Source of the DNA: Octopus bimaculoides
Taxonomy: Eukaryota
DNA: 33,362 bases
Assembly (NCBI RefSeq): GCF_001194135.2
Contig: NC_069009.1
Location: 1,298,965-1,332,326, forward strand
Direction of reading: 5' to 3'
Shown one piece after another: positions 11,503 to 21,301 of this stretch. Each line of letters starts with the position of its first letter. The first letter of the stretch is position 1. A program made the position numbers and the translations under genes. A model generated the notes under the pieces. That model worked only from the letters and a program-made list of their open reading frames with translations, was not told where the DNA came from and made no database searches.

Positions 11503-11785
11503 ATAAGGTGGGGGAGCTGTAAGAATAGTTAGCACGCCGGACAAAATGCGAAAAGGCATTTCGTCCGTCTTTATGCTCAGAGTTCACATTCCGTCGGGGT
11601 CGATCAAATAACGGCAGAGGTCCCACCCACATAGGTTGGATTTTCTCCGTTTAACGGGGAATTTTCAAATGGTTTTTTTTTTAACTACACAAGCGTACCA
11701 GTTGATAACTGGAGTCGATGTAAACAAATAGCCCCAACCCTCACCAAGATATAAGACCTTGTGCCTATGGTAGAAAGAATTATTG
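11503..11785 (+). mobile_element. SINE family E with an internal insertion
   Basis: Head ggggagctg..gttagcacgccggacaaaatgc..gagttcacattccg..ggggtcgat, about 80 bp unrelated, then gtaccagttg..ctggagtcgat..ccttgtgcctatggtagaaagaattatt. Confidence 0.65.
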
Positions 11786-11918
11786 GCGAAAATAAATAAT
11801 ACGTACACTCGGTGTTTTGGATCAGAGTTTTTGTTACGCTGCAAACGGGTGGTGTACGTATTCTTTACCTCCGCCCGAATTATTATTATTATTACAGTTT
11901 TAAAGCAAACCTTAACCA

Positions 11919-12130
11919 ACTTACCGTTTTCAGATGTAACCAGTGACGATAAATAACCGGGTAATATTAAAATATGATTATTATTATACACTCAGTTGTT
12001 ACAGTCGATGTTTCCACTTTTCTCGTCGGCTGACCGTTCAAAATTGAGGTCACGCTAGTCTCCCGCTTCTTCACCTGATATCGCTTCCACTTTAACTTCC
12101 CGTTGCAACATTCTCTGCATCACGAAAGTT
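11919..12130 (-). other. Candidate non-coding first exon of the 9074 gene, ending at a consensus donor
   Basis: Minus strand reads aaacg|GTAAGT at 11919-11924. The region is relatively CpG-rich and lies upstream of the coding exon. No transcript evidence. Confidence 0.4.
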
Positions 12131-12900
12131 AAAACCAAAAGCGTTACTATTAATACAGTTAATGTTTTTAGCTAATATAAATAAAAAAAAAAAGGAAAGT
12201 ACTAACGGATTATAAGACAGATTCTTTAATAACTGACTTTCAAAACATGTTCGTATTCGTTCCGCTTTCGCAGGATACCCAATTTATTTTTGCGGCTTCC
12301 ACGCAGTTTTGTTAATTCCTACAAATTCATGCGTGACGCACTACTAACATATTTCACACACACATACACGGACACACACACAGGTAATCGTTCTGTAGGT
12401 CGGGGATAACATCGAAATAAATAAATTAGGGAATGAGTTTTTAGTTAACTTGCAAACTGAAATGTCGATCTGTTATTTTGGAAAACATACGATCGTCGAT
12501 TACATTTTATATAAAGTAAATCGTTGTCAAATGAGTGTAAAGCGGCGTAAATAATTACTAACAAATACTTCTCAAGCCTTATGGCTAAGGCCAATATCAT
12601 GTAATTAATTACTAAAATGGGAGAAAAGCCGCGTAACTAATTTATAAAATGAGTGCCAAGCAGCGTATTCAATTAGTGAAATCGGAGTAATGCAGCATAA
12701 TTAATTTTAGTTTAGATGTGTCCGTCCGATTCTGTTATCCTGCGTACCAAATTCAACCAACCTGGTACCATCTTTCTGCCAGTGATGGTGATAAAAGCTA
12801 TGGCGGAGACGTAACCCCCTCCCTCCTCCTACTTAATTTTTTTTTTTTTACAGAAACCCACGTTTTCGGCTATGTGGATTCCGATTCTAAAAAAAAAAAA

Positions 12901-13532
12901 AAATCTTCCACCAAACCTTAGTCACAATTTATGTTCCTAACACTAGCTTAATGACAACTTAATTCTTTGTTATATTTAAAATGAATTGAAAGAAATACAG
13001 AACATCTCAACAGAAATATGGTAACAAAAAGGTTAAAATATATAATAGAGAAACAATTCTTAACTCTTTTGATACCAACCTCACTGAAACCGCATCTGGT
13101 TCTGTTGTACAAATGTCTTGTTTTCACAAGTTTTGAATGAAAATCTTCCACCAAAGCTTAGTCACAAATTATGTTCCTAACACCAGCTTAATGATAACTA
13201 AGTTACTTTACTAAATTCTTTGTTATATCGAAAATTAACTGAGAGAAACACAGAGCATCGCAGCAGAAATATAGTAACAAAAAAGTTAAAGTCACCATGA
13301 TATTTTTAACCTTTTTAATATAAATCTGGCTGAAACCGCCTCTGTCTTTGTAGTACAAATGTCTTGTTTCCGTAAGTTTTGAATTAAAATCTTCCACCAA
13401 AGCTTAGTCACAATTTATGTTCCTAACACTAGCTGAATGATAACTAAGTTATTTTACTAAATTCTTTGTTATATTTAAAGTAATTGAAAGAAACAGAGCA
13501 TCTCAAAATAAATGCAGTAACGAAAGGGTTAA
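12901..13532. mobile_element. Three same-orientation copies of a ~225-bp MITE (family G) with TTAACC(C)TTT..AAAGGGTTAA ends
   Basis: Copies at 12901-13036 (5' truncated), 13060-13289 and 13306-13532 share aaatcttccaccaaa.cttagtcacaa.ttatgttcctaacac. The termini are piggyBac-like. Confidence 0.8.
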
Positions 13533-13544
13533 AGATTAAGGAAA

Positions 13545-13760
13545 AAGGAAGGGATTTCTATGTGTATTGGAATGGAAGAATCAGAAATAACTGAGATAGC
13601 ATTGGTGTGAAGTGTATTCAGAATGATGAAGGCATACCACTATCAATATGGAACAAAGAAAATGGTATGAGAGGCTGAGGAATGGGGAGAACGCATGGAA
13701 TAATTCATGCTGATCCAACAGAAGGACCACGAATTCAGGTTGTTAGCATGCTGGCTCTTC
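13545..13760 (+). mobile_element. Degraded fragment of a LINE ORF2, probably RTE clade
   Basis: Frameshifted translation includes RDSIGVKCIQNDEG and ADPTEGPRIQV, which resemble the pre-RT region of RTE-type ORF2 proteins. Recognised from memory, not searched. Confidence 0.45.
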
Positions 13761-13767
13761 TAATTCA

Positions 13768-14075
13768 TCATTATCATCATCCTTTAACGTTGGTTTTCCA
13801 TGCTGGCATGGGTCGAATGGTTTGACCAGAGCTGAGAAGCTGCATTAGTTTCCAGTTTGATTTAGCTTGGATTATATGGCTCGATGTTCTTCCTAACACC
13901 AACTGCTTTACAATGTGTAGTAAGTGGCACTAACATGAGTGCTTTTTACATGGCACCAGCATAGGACTCTTGCAGGTCAGTCCTTTTCACCAGAGGATGA
14001 AGCCTTAACACTTCTGCTGAGGAGGACGGGTCTTCTTGAGTACAGCAAGGCACTAAGTATCTCAGCTAATCCAAA
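13768..14075 (-). mobile_element. SINE family D, long form
   Basis: Collinear with 4137-4450 and with the reverse complement of 24490-24765. Confidence 0.8.
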
Positions 14076-14186
14076 AGGTTCAGTGTTTTGAGGTTACCCT
14101 TGGCTCAGTGTCAAAATGTATGTATGTTATACCTTTTCTCTAAATATTTCCATGGTCATAGCTCTTATGAATCTTTTGGTCTACAC

Positions 14187-14257
14187 CAGTGTTTCCCAAC
14201 CTATTTTCCCTCGGGCCCTACTATAAATTTTCAGAAAAATCTATGCCCCACCAGTCA
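14187..14257. mobile_element. Single hAT/Charlie-like terminus
   Basis: Starts CAGTGTTTCCCAACCT, a typical Charlie end. No partner TIR was found. Confidence 0.35.
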
Positions 14258-14262
14258 TAATT

Positions 14263-14530
14263 GTCGTTTAATTTCCGCTTTCCACGCTAGCATGGGTTGG
14301 ACGATTTGACTGAGGACTGGTGGAGCCCGAAGGCTACACCAGGCTCCAATCTGATCTGGTAGAGTTTCTACAGCTGGATGCCCTTCCTAACGCCAACCAC
14401 TCTGAGAGTGTAGTGGGTGTTTTACGTGCCAATCAAGCAATGCTGGTGACGGCCACATTCGAAATGGTGTATTTTACGTGCCACCTGCACAGGAGCCAGT
14501 CCATCGGCACTGGCAACGATCTCGCTCGGA
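14263..14530 (-). mobile_element. SINE family D
   Basis: gcatgggttggacgatttgac..gtttctacagctggatgcccttcctaacgccaaccact. Confidence 0.85.
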
Positions 14531-14857
14531 AAAAAACAACAACTTTATTTGTAATATTTTATCACAATTATTTAATACAAAAGAATCTACTGGTGACTCT
14601 TTAATTAAGTACTGAGTACCAAAAAAGAAAAAAAAAAGAGTACATGACATAGATAAAAAGGCTAGGCTGAAAAAGAGGATGAATAACATCATCTCCTCAT
14701 ACTGACATTCTATAGAAAAATACTGAAGGATTGCTAAATTACATTCTTGATAGTCAGACATTGTCAGAAAAGTTGAGTTTATTCAGTAAATCTGGAGCAT
14801 CATCAACAAGGAGTTATTACCAACCATCTCCGTGTCAAGGGTCAACTATAAGACCAC

Positions 14858-15034
14858 CATCATCATTTAATGTCCATTTTCCATGTTGGATGGCTTGACA
14901 GGAACTGGTAAGGCCAGGGGCTGTACCAGGTTCCATAGTCTGTTTTGGTTGGTTTCTGCAGCAGGATGCCCTTCCTCATGCCGACCACTCCACAGAGTAC
15001 CAGGTGCTTTTAATATGTCACTGGTATGGGAGCC
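14858..15034 (-). mobile_element. SINE family D
   Basis: catcatcatttaatgtccattttccatg..ggatgcccttcctcatgccgaccact. Confidence 0.8.
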
Positions 15035-15049
15035 TTTAACATGTCATTC

Positions 15050-15339
15050 ATGCATAGTAACTTTGCCATTTTGAGAGAATGATTTACTACAGATATCACA
15101 GCGATATGGCTTATCTTGTGTGAATATGTTTATGTTTAATTAAGCAATCTTTCGTAGAGAATGATTTATCACAGACATCACAGTCACTTGGCTTCTCTCT
15201 CATATGAATAAGTTTGAGTTTAATTATGATATCCTTTTGAGAGAAAGATTTACCACAGGTATTACATTGATATAGTTTCTCACCTGTATGAATGAATTTG
15301 TTTGTATTTAAGCTGCATTTGTCAGAGAACGATTTCCTA
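15050..15339 (-). pseudogene. Out-of-frame relic fingers 16-19 behind the stop of the 15337 gene
   Basis: The shifted frame reads [72 protein letters not shown], a copy of fingers 10-12 with extra lesions. Confidence 0.85.
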
Positions 15340-16713
15340 CGTGTCACGCTCATATGGTTTCTCCCTTGTATGAACACATTTGTGTCTGGTTAAGGTACCA
15401 TTTTGAGAGAAAGATTTACCACAGATATTGCAGTGATATGGCATTTCTCCTGTATGAGTACGTTTGTGTTCAGTTACATGATGGTTTTGAGTGAATGATT
15501 TACCACAGATATCACACTGATATGGTTTCTCTCCTGTATGAATACGTTTGTGAATAGTTAAATTTACTATTTGTGAGAATGCTTTGTCACAGATAACGCA
15601 CTGATATGGTTTCTCTCCTGTGTGAATACGTTTATGTTTAATTAAGCAATCTTTCGTAGAGAATGATTTACTACAGATATCACAGTCACTTGGCTTCTCC
15701 TTCATATGAATAAGTTTGTGTTTAATTATGAGATCCTTTTGAGAGAAAGATTTACCACAGGTATTACATCGATATGATTTCTCACCTGTATGAATGAAGT
15801 TGTGTGTATTTAAGCTGCATTTGTCAGAGAATGCCTTACCACAGATATCACACTGATATGGTTTCTCCCCTGTATGAACACGTTTATGCCTGGTTAAAGC
15901 ACCAGTTTGAGAGAAAGATTTACCACAGATATTGCAGAAATATGGCATCTCTCCTGTATGAGTACGTTTGTGAACAGTTACTTTACTACTTTGAGTGAAT
16001 GATTTACCACAGATATCACACTGATATGGCTTCTCTCCTGTATGAATACGTTTGTGAATAGTTAAATTTACTATTTGTGAGAATGCTTTATCACAGATAT
16101 CACACTGATATGGTTTCTCTCCTGTGTGAATACGTTTGTGAGTTGCTAATTCACAATTTTCAGAGAATGATTTACCACAAATGTCACAATGATATGGCAT
16201 CTCTCCTGTATGAATATATTTGTGCTTTGTTAATTTACTACTTTCAAAAAATGATTTACCACAGATATCACAATGAAATTGTCTCTCTCCCGTATGAATA
16301 TGTTTGTGTCTAGTTAAATTAGTTAATTGTGAGAATGCTTGATCACAGATATCACAGCGATATGGTTTCTCTCCTGTATGAACACGCTTGTGTCTAGTTA
16401 AGGTACTATTCTGAGTGAAGGATTTACCACAGATATCACACCGATATAGTTTCTCTCCTATATGACTATGTTTGTGTTCAGTTACTTTACTTTTCTGAGA
16501 GAATGATTTACCACAGACATCACAGTGATATTGCTTCTTTCCTTTGTGAATACATCTGTGAGTAACATAGTTACTTTTCTCTGAAAATGACATTTTACAG
16601 ATACCACATTGGTACGACGTTGTTCCTGTATCATTTGGCATCTCATTTGTAAAATCAATCCTTTTAGACTGTGATTCACATTTAGCCTTGTCCTTACACA
16701 ATTCACTTTCCAT
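15337..16713 (-). CDS. C2H2 zinc-finger protein, 458 aa, 15 tandem fingers, 33-aa leader
   Basis: ORF with 15 complete fingers, truncated by a 2-nt deletion at the start of finger 16. Confidence 0.92.
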   Translation of the reverse strand: MESELCKDKAKCESQSKRIDFTNEMPNDTGTTSYQCGICKMSFSEKSNYVTHRCIHKGKKQYHCDVCGKSFSQKSKVTEHKHSHIGEKLYRCDICGKSFTQNSTLTRHKRVHTGEKPYRCDICDQAFSQLTNLTRHKHIHTGERQFHCDICGKSFFESSKLTKHKYIHTGEMPYHCDICGKSFSENCELATHKRIHTGEKPYQCDICDKAFSQIVNLTIHKRIHTGEKPYQCDICGKSFTQSSKVTVHKRTHTGEMPYFCNICGKSFSQTGALTRHKRVHTGEKPYQCDICGKAFSDKCSLNTHNFIHTGEKSYRCNTCGKSFSQKDLIIKHKLIHMKEKPSDCDICSKSFSTKDCLIKHKRIHTGEKPYQCVICDKAFSQIVNLTIHKRIHTGEKPYQCDICGKSFTQNHHVTEHKRTHTGEMPYHCNICGKSFSQNGTLTRHKCVHTREKPYERDT

Positions 16714-17415
16714 TATTTTTATTTTCTCTCACCAAAATACTCAGAAAATTCTCTTCCTTAAGTTTTTTATATTACATCTTTAACAAATATTTGTTCTGCC
16801 ATATTTCCCCCTCAACTGAATTTGTAGTCGATATCTGAAGATGCTGCAAACTCCTTAGTGATGTAAGTTTAGTTAGGGTGTTTCCTCTTCTGGTACTGCT
16901 TTTGGTGAAGCCCGAACACCTCCACGTGACTGAAAGTGGACTAATTGACTACAATAAATAAGAACTGAATGAACTGCCAAGGGAGTGGGTAGGTGACAGT
17001 GTTAGTTCGACCATGTTGGTTTGCCATGTTAGTTCGATGTGTGCTGGTTCAACAGTCAGTAGTTGAACAGGGAATACTATACTGAGTATCGTACCTACAT
17101 TCAAGTAGTGCAGAAGGAGTGCATTCTGTGTTAACATATGTTTTTCTGCAAAAGGTTATTTTTAGATAACCACAACCAACTATTTATTTGCGTAATGCCA
17201 TTTTGCACCAGACATGTATACCCATATCATAACAGGTACACATCCCAGACAGTGAAGTTAAGAAATCTTTTTAATACTCAGAGGAAATGCTTCACAGTAA
17301 TTCTCACATATAAACAGGGTTATATCTTTTCTGTATAACCTCTTCCTTCAGTTTTAAGATGACAAACACCTTACAATTAAATATTTCCAGTTAAAAAATG
17401 TTCTTTAATGCTTAT

Positions 17416-17739
17416 GTGAAGGTACGTGGCTTAGTGGTTAGGATATTCAGCTCACAATCATAAGGTCACGAGTTCAATTCCTGGCAGTGTGTTGTGTCCT
17501 TGAGTAAGACACTTAATTTCATGTTGCTCCAGGCCACTCAGCAGATAAGAATGAGTTGTACCTGTAATTCAAAGGAGCAGCTTTATTACAGTATGTGTCA
17601 CCCTGAATCTCCCTGAGTACTATGTTAAGAGTATATGTGTCTGTGGAGTGTTCAGACACATGTGTATGAATTACACGAGCAGGCTGTTTCATTAATCACA
17701 TCGAATGGAACCCTTGCTGTTGTAACCGATGGAGTGCCA
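17416..17739 (+). mobile_element. tRNA-derived CORE-type SINE (family B head, tail Y)
   Basis: A box tggcttagtgg, B box gagttcaattcc, CORE-like tgtgttgtgtccttgagtaagacactta. The tail from gttgtacctgtaattcaaag to ggagtgcca is shared with 18063-18438. Confidence 0.8.
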
Positions 17740-17946
17740 GTCATACAACGCCAATGGATATCTGGTATTCTGAAATAAGAGAGAAACAATACAGAATATA
17801 GAAGATGCTTAGAGAAGTGATATTCAACAATGGGCGATTTGTACATTTTTGTATTGATAAACAACAGTTATAAATCTCTACCGGAAAAATCAAAGTTTAT
17901 TTTTCAGTTTGTAAATAAAATTACATCATACAATCTTTATGTGAAA

Positions 17947-18041
17947 CATCATCATTTAACGTCCATTGTCCATGCTGGCATGGGTTGGACAGTTGGACCA
18001 GGACTGGCAAGTTGGAAGGCTGTACCATACTCGTCTGATTA
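17947..18041 (-). mobile_element. SINE family D 3' end
   Basis: catcatcatttaacgtccattgtccatgctggcatgggttggacag. Confidence 0.8.
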
Positions 18042-18062
18042 ATTACTGTCTTATATTACATT

Positions 18063-18438
18063 GTGGAGGCGCAATGGCTCAGTGGTTAGGGCAGCGGACT
18101 CGCGGTTTCGATTCCAAGACTGGGCGTTGTGAGTGTTTATTGAGCGAAAACACCTAAAGCTCCACGAGGCTCCAGCAGGGGATGGTGGCGAACCCTGCTG
18201 TACTCTTCCACCACAACTTTCTCTCTCACTCTTACTTCCTGTTTCTGTTGTACCTGTAATTCAAAGAGTGAGCCTTGTCACTCTGTGTCACGCTGAATAT
18301 CCCCGAGAACTACGTTAAGGGTACACGTGTCTGTGGAGTGCTCAGCCACTTACACGTTAATTTCACGAGCAGGCTGTTCCGTTGATCGGATCGACTGGAA
18401 CCCTCGACGTCGTAAGTGACGGAGTGCCAACAACAACA
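18063..18438 (+). mobile_element. tRNA-derived SINE family A, tail Y, (CAA)n end
   Basis: A and B boxes, family A body, tail shared with 17416-17739, ends tgccaacaacaaca. Confidence 0.9.
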
Positions 18439-18485
18439 TATATTACATTTTATAAACAATAAATCACAATAATTTTGAATTTTTG

Positions 18486-18907
18486 GGTACTACTAAAGCA
18501 GCGCGGATCCGAACGCGCAGTCGCGCGTCCGCGCTAGCTAGTATTGAGTGGTCGATCCTAACCCTAACCCTAACCCTAACCCGCGTGTGCAAATGAATAC
18601 GTGTTTAGGGTTAGGGTTAGGATCGACCACTCACGACTAGCTAGCGCGGCACTATCATGCTATTAGCTGTCAGAAGTGAAAGTGCTCCCTGCTAGTGAAG
18701 TATCTGTCTGTCTGCCTGCCTGTTGCTGGTCTGTCGATTCTTTGGCTACTGACAGCTAATACCATGACTGACCGGAGCGAGCTATATGTCTGTCTGTCTG
18801 TCTCTCTATCACTCTATCTCTCTTTCCCCCCTCCCTTTAAAACGCGTCAGTTATCTCTCGCCTTCTCTCTCTCTATCTCTCTCTTTCTATATCTATACCA
18901 TTACCTC

Positions 18908-18938
<31 letters not shown>

Positions 18939-19407
18939 ATCTATCTATCTATTACTCGAAAGTTCGCGCGTCCGCGCTAGCTAGTCGTGAGTGGTCGATC
19001 CTGTTATTTTTAAACTTCAAACTTCATTTGTTTTCTATTTTGATAAATTCTCTCTGTTGAAAATTATATTTTTATATTTTAAATAATTTGCAATTTCAGG
19101 AAATATGTTTTTATATTAAATTTGTGTTTTCTACTCACGACTAGCTAGCGCGGATGCGCGAACTTTCGAGTAATAGATAGATAGATAGAGAGAGAGACAG
19201 ACAGACAGACAGACATATAGCTCGCTCCGGCCAGTCATGGTATTAGCTGTCAGTAGCCAAAGAATCGACAGGCCAGCAACAGGCAGACAGACAGATACTT
19301 CACTAGCAGGCAGTGAGCACTTTCACTTCTGACAGGTAATAGCATGATAGTGCCGCTAGCGCGGACGCGCGACTGCGCGTTCGGATCCGCGCTGCTTTCG
19401 TAGTACC
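18486..19407. mobile_element. Non-autonomous foldback DNA transposon, Merlin-like, with 8-bp TSD
   Basis: Termini GGTACTAC..GTAGTACC are flanked on both sides by AATTTTTG (18478-18485 and 19408-19415). The inverted arms align over about 270 bp with about 5 substitutions. No transposase ORF. Confidence 0.85.
18557..18621. repeat. Inverted telomere-type repeats: (CCCTAA)~4 and (TTAGGG)~3
   Basis: cctaaccctaaccctaaccctaaccc at 18557-18582 and ttagggttagggttagg at 18605-18621. Confidence 0.95.
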
Positions 19408-19697
19408 AATTTTTGTTGACATTCTTCGTTTCTATGTGGCCCTTTGGCCTTGTACTTGTGATCGTTGTTTGACGTAAATAATAAACAAATTTGACTTACT
19501 CCTTCAGGTGGTGTCAAGATACTTACAAAGAAGAAAAGGACGGAAAATACGTCTTCGTAACTCAAACAAGCAGGAACATTTAGGTTGTAGTGGCTACCGG
19601 AGACGAGATTCGAACCTACAGTATCCACAGCAAAAAGAAAAAAAAAAGCATAAAAGAACACTCTTCTTTGTCCACGAACAGACATAGTCTGCACCTT

Positions 19698-19710
19698 TGA
19701 CGTCACTTCC
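19698..19710 (-). promoter_or_regulatory. Overlapping ETS-CRE motif GGAAGTGACGTCA; candidate promoter of the 15337 gene
   Basis: The plus strand reads tgacgtcacttcc. Two minus-strand GTAAGT donors lie just downstream, at 19521-19526 and 19494-19499. Confidence 0.5.
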
Positions 19711-20934
19711 TCTTTCAAAGTCATCGCTTCAAATCATTAATGTTTGAACGTCTGTCGAATAATTGCTATAACGAAATCGTTGCATAGTTTTCATTATGTT
19801 ATATTCGAACGCAAGGGTACCTTAATTATCAACACAAATTTTAATTAACGAGATAATAATTAAATCCAAGCACGTGAGGATGTAACATGAGTTGTCCTCC
19901 CTTACTGAGTAGTAATGCGTGCGCAGTATCAGAGTGGTGCTCGTTTTGTTTTATCCTTTCCCAGTTACCATCTCAGCACGTTTGATAACAATATCCTTTA
20001 TGCGTCGTATCCCTAATTATTACTACTACTACTTTACACAGACTATAGTACGTTCCTTTATGAAACATTTCTGTAAGTATTGTAGTTTCTTTTTTTAAAT
20101 ATTAAAAAGTATTTCATTCACGAAAGTATTAAATGCGAACGAACTTTCAGGCAGCGGGGCTGGAATATCGCCCAATAAGTTGGATTTTTCTCTGCCTTGG
20201 CTGGGATTTTTCAAATTTTTTCCCCATCACACACTTGGTATAACGATGGAAACGTTTCACGAAACGGTCTTGAAAATTTATGATTGTTTTTACTGCCGGA
20301 ACGAAAGAAATCCAATTTATTTATGTAGACGGACTTTTGAATTAGCTATCCCCGTAAGTTGGAATTTTTCCAATTTAGTTGGGATTATTTTTCAACTTTT
20401 ATTTTTTTGTATCAGATATTTTAAAACGACAGGAAAAGAAAAAGCTTTATAAAATTTTTAACACACCATCTTTGCCCCAATCCATTTTCTCCCGGTAAAT
20501 ATTTCGTAAAGGACGCGTTCGTACCTCGGTGTGAAATAACCTTTTTTCACGAGTTTTTTTCGAGTGTATTCAACGTATCTGACCTCCACCCGCCGCAAGT
20601 CGCTTTTTTCCGGAGAAGAAAGTTGGGATAGGGGTCAAAAAATTATTTCACAGCGAAATATCGGCGGCTCCTTTATCGCAAATAGGTGTTACATGGTAGC
20701 AGGGCGTGCTCACATTCGTTGAAAGTACTGACATAACCTGGAAAAGAAAAACAAAACTCCGTTGGTGGGAAACTNNNNNNNNNNNNNNNNNNNNNNNNNN
20801 NNNNNNNNNNNNNNNNNNNNNNNNNNNNNNNNNNNNNNNNNNNNNNNNNNNNNNNNNNNNNNNNNNNNNNNNNNNNNNNNNNNNNNNNNNNNNNNNNNNN
20901 NNNNNNNNNNNNNNNNNATCACACCAGGGTACGA

Positions 20935-20991
20935 CTGTAGCTAAGTTACGGGGTACGTAAACACACCAACATCGGTTGTCAGCATCCCCTC

Positions 20992-21070
<79 letters not shown>

Positions 21071-21098
21071 TGTGTGTGTGTGTGTATACATATACATA
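20935..21098. repeat. SINE C fragment (minus) running into a compound (GT)n(TA)n(TAGA)n(GT)n microsatellite
   Basis: gctaagttacggggtacgtaaacacacc..catcggttgtca followed directly by the visible microsatellite. Confidence 0.85.
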
Positions 21099-21301
21099 CA
21101 TGAGGAAGTGCTGAAAAGTTCCTGGCTTTAAGAGTATCGTGAAAGGCCTGGCTGGAGGCCCAACCTTCTGAATCCTTTTATAGGGCTTAGAAGAACTGAA
21201 GGATTACTACAATAAGTGTGTGAATCCATTGAATAAAATCATAATTGATCCTTCTATATTTTCGTTTACCCAAAGCCAGGAACTTTTCACCAACACTCAT
21301 A
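21099..21301. mobile_element. Mariner-derived MITE, about 200 bp
   Basis: TIRs tgaggaagtgctgaaaagttcctggcttt / aaagccaggaacttttcaccaacactcata. The internal relic KELKDYYNKCVN resembles the mariner transposase C-terminus. Confidence 0.8.

Noticed and set aside
18557-18621. Telomere repeats as a chromosome-fusion scar
   Set aside because: Only 3-4 units per side, oriented CCCTAA then TTAGGG (opposite to an end-to-end fusion), and embedded in a TSD-flanked element.
18695-19724. ORFs 18695-19060, 18786-18980 and 19356-19724 as a transposase for the foldback
   Set aside because: Low-complexity translations of microsatellite or AT-rich DNA with no DDE motif.
20175-20400. Repeated tggga/ttggatttttc motifs resembling NF-kB sites
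   Set aside because: They do not match GGGRNNYYCC fully and are common in T-rich DNA.
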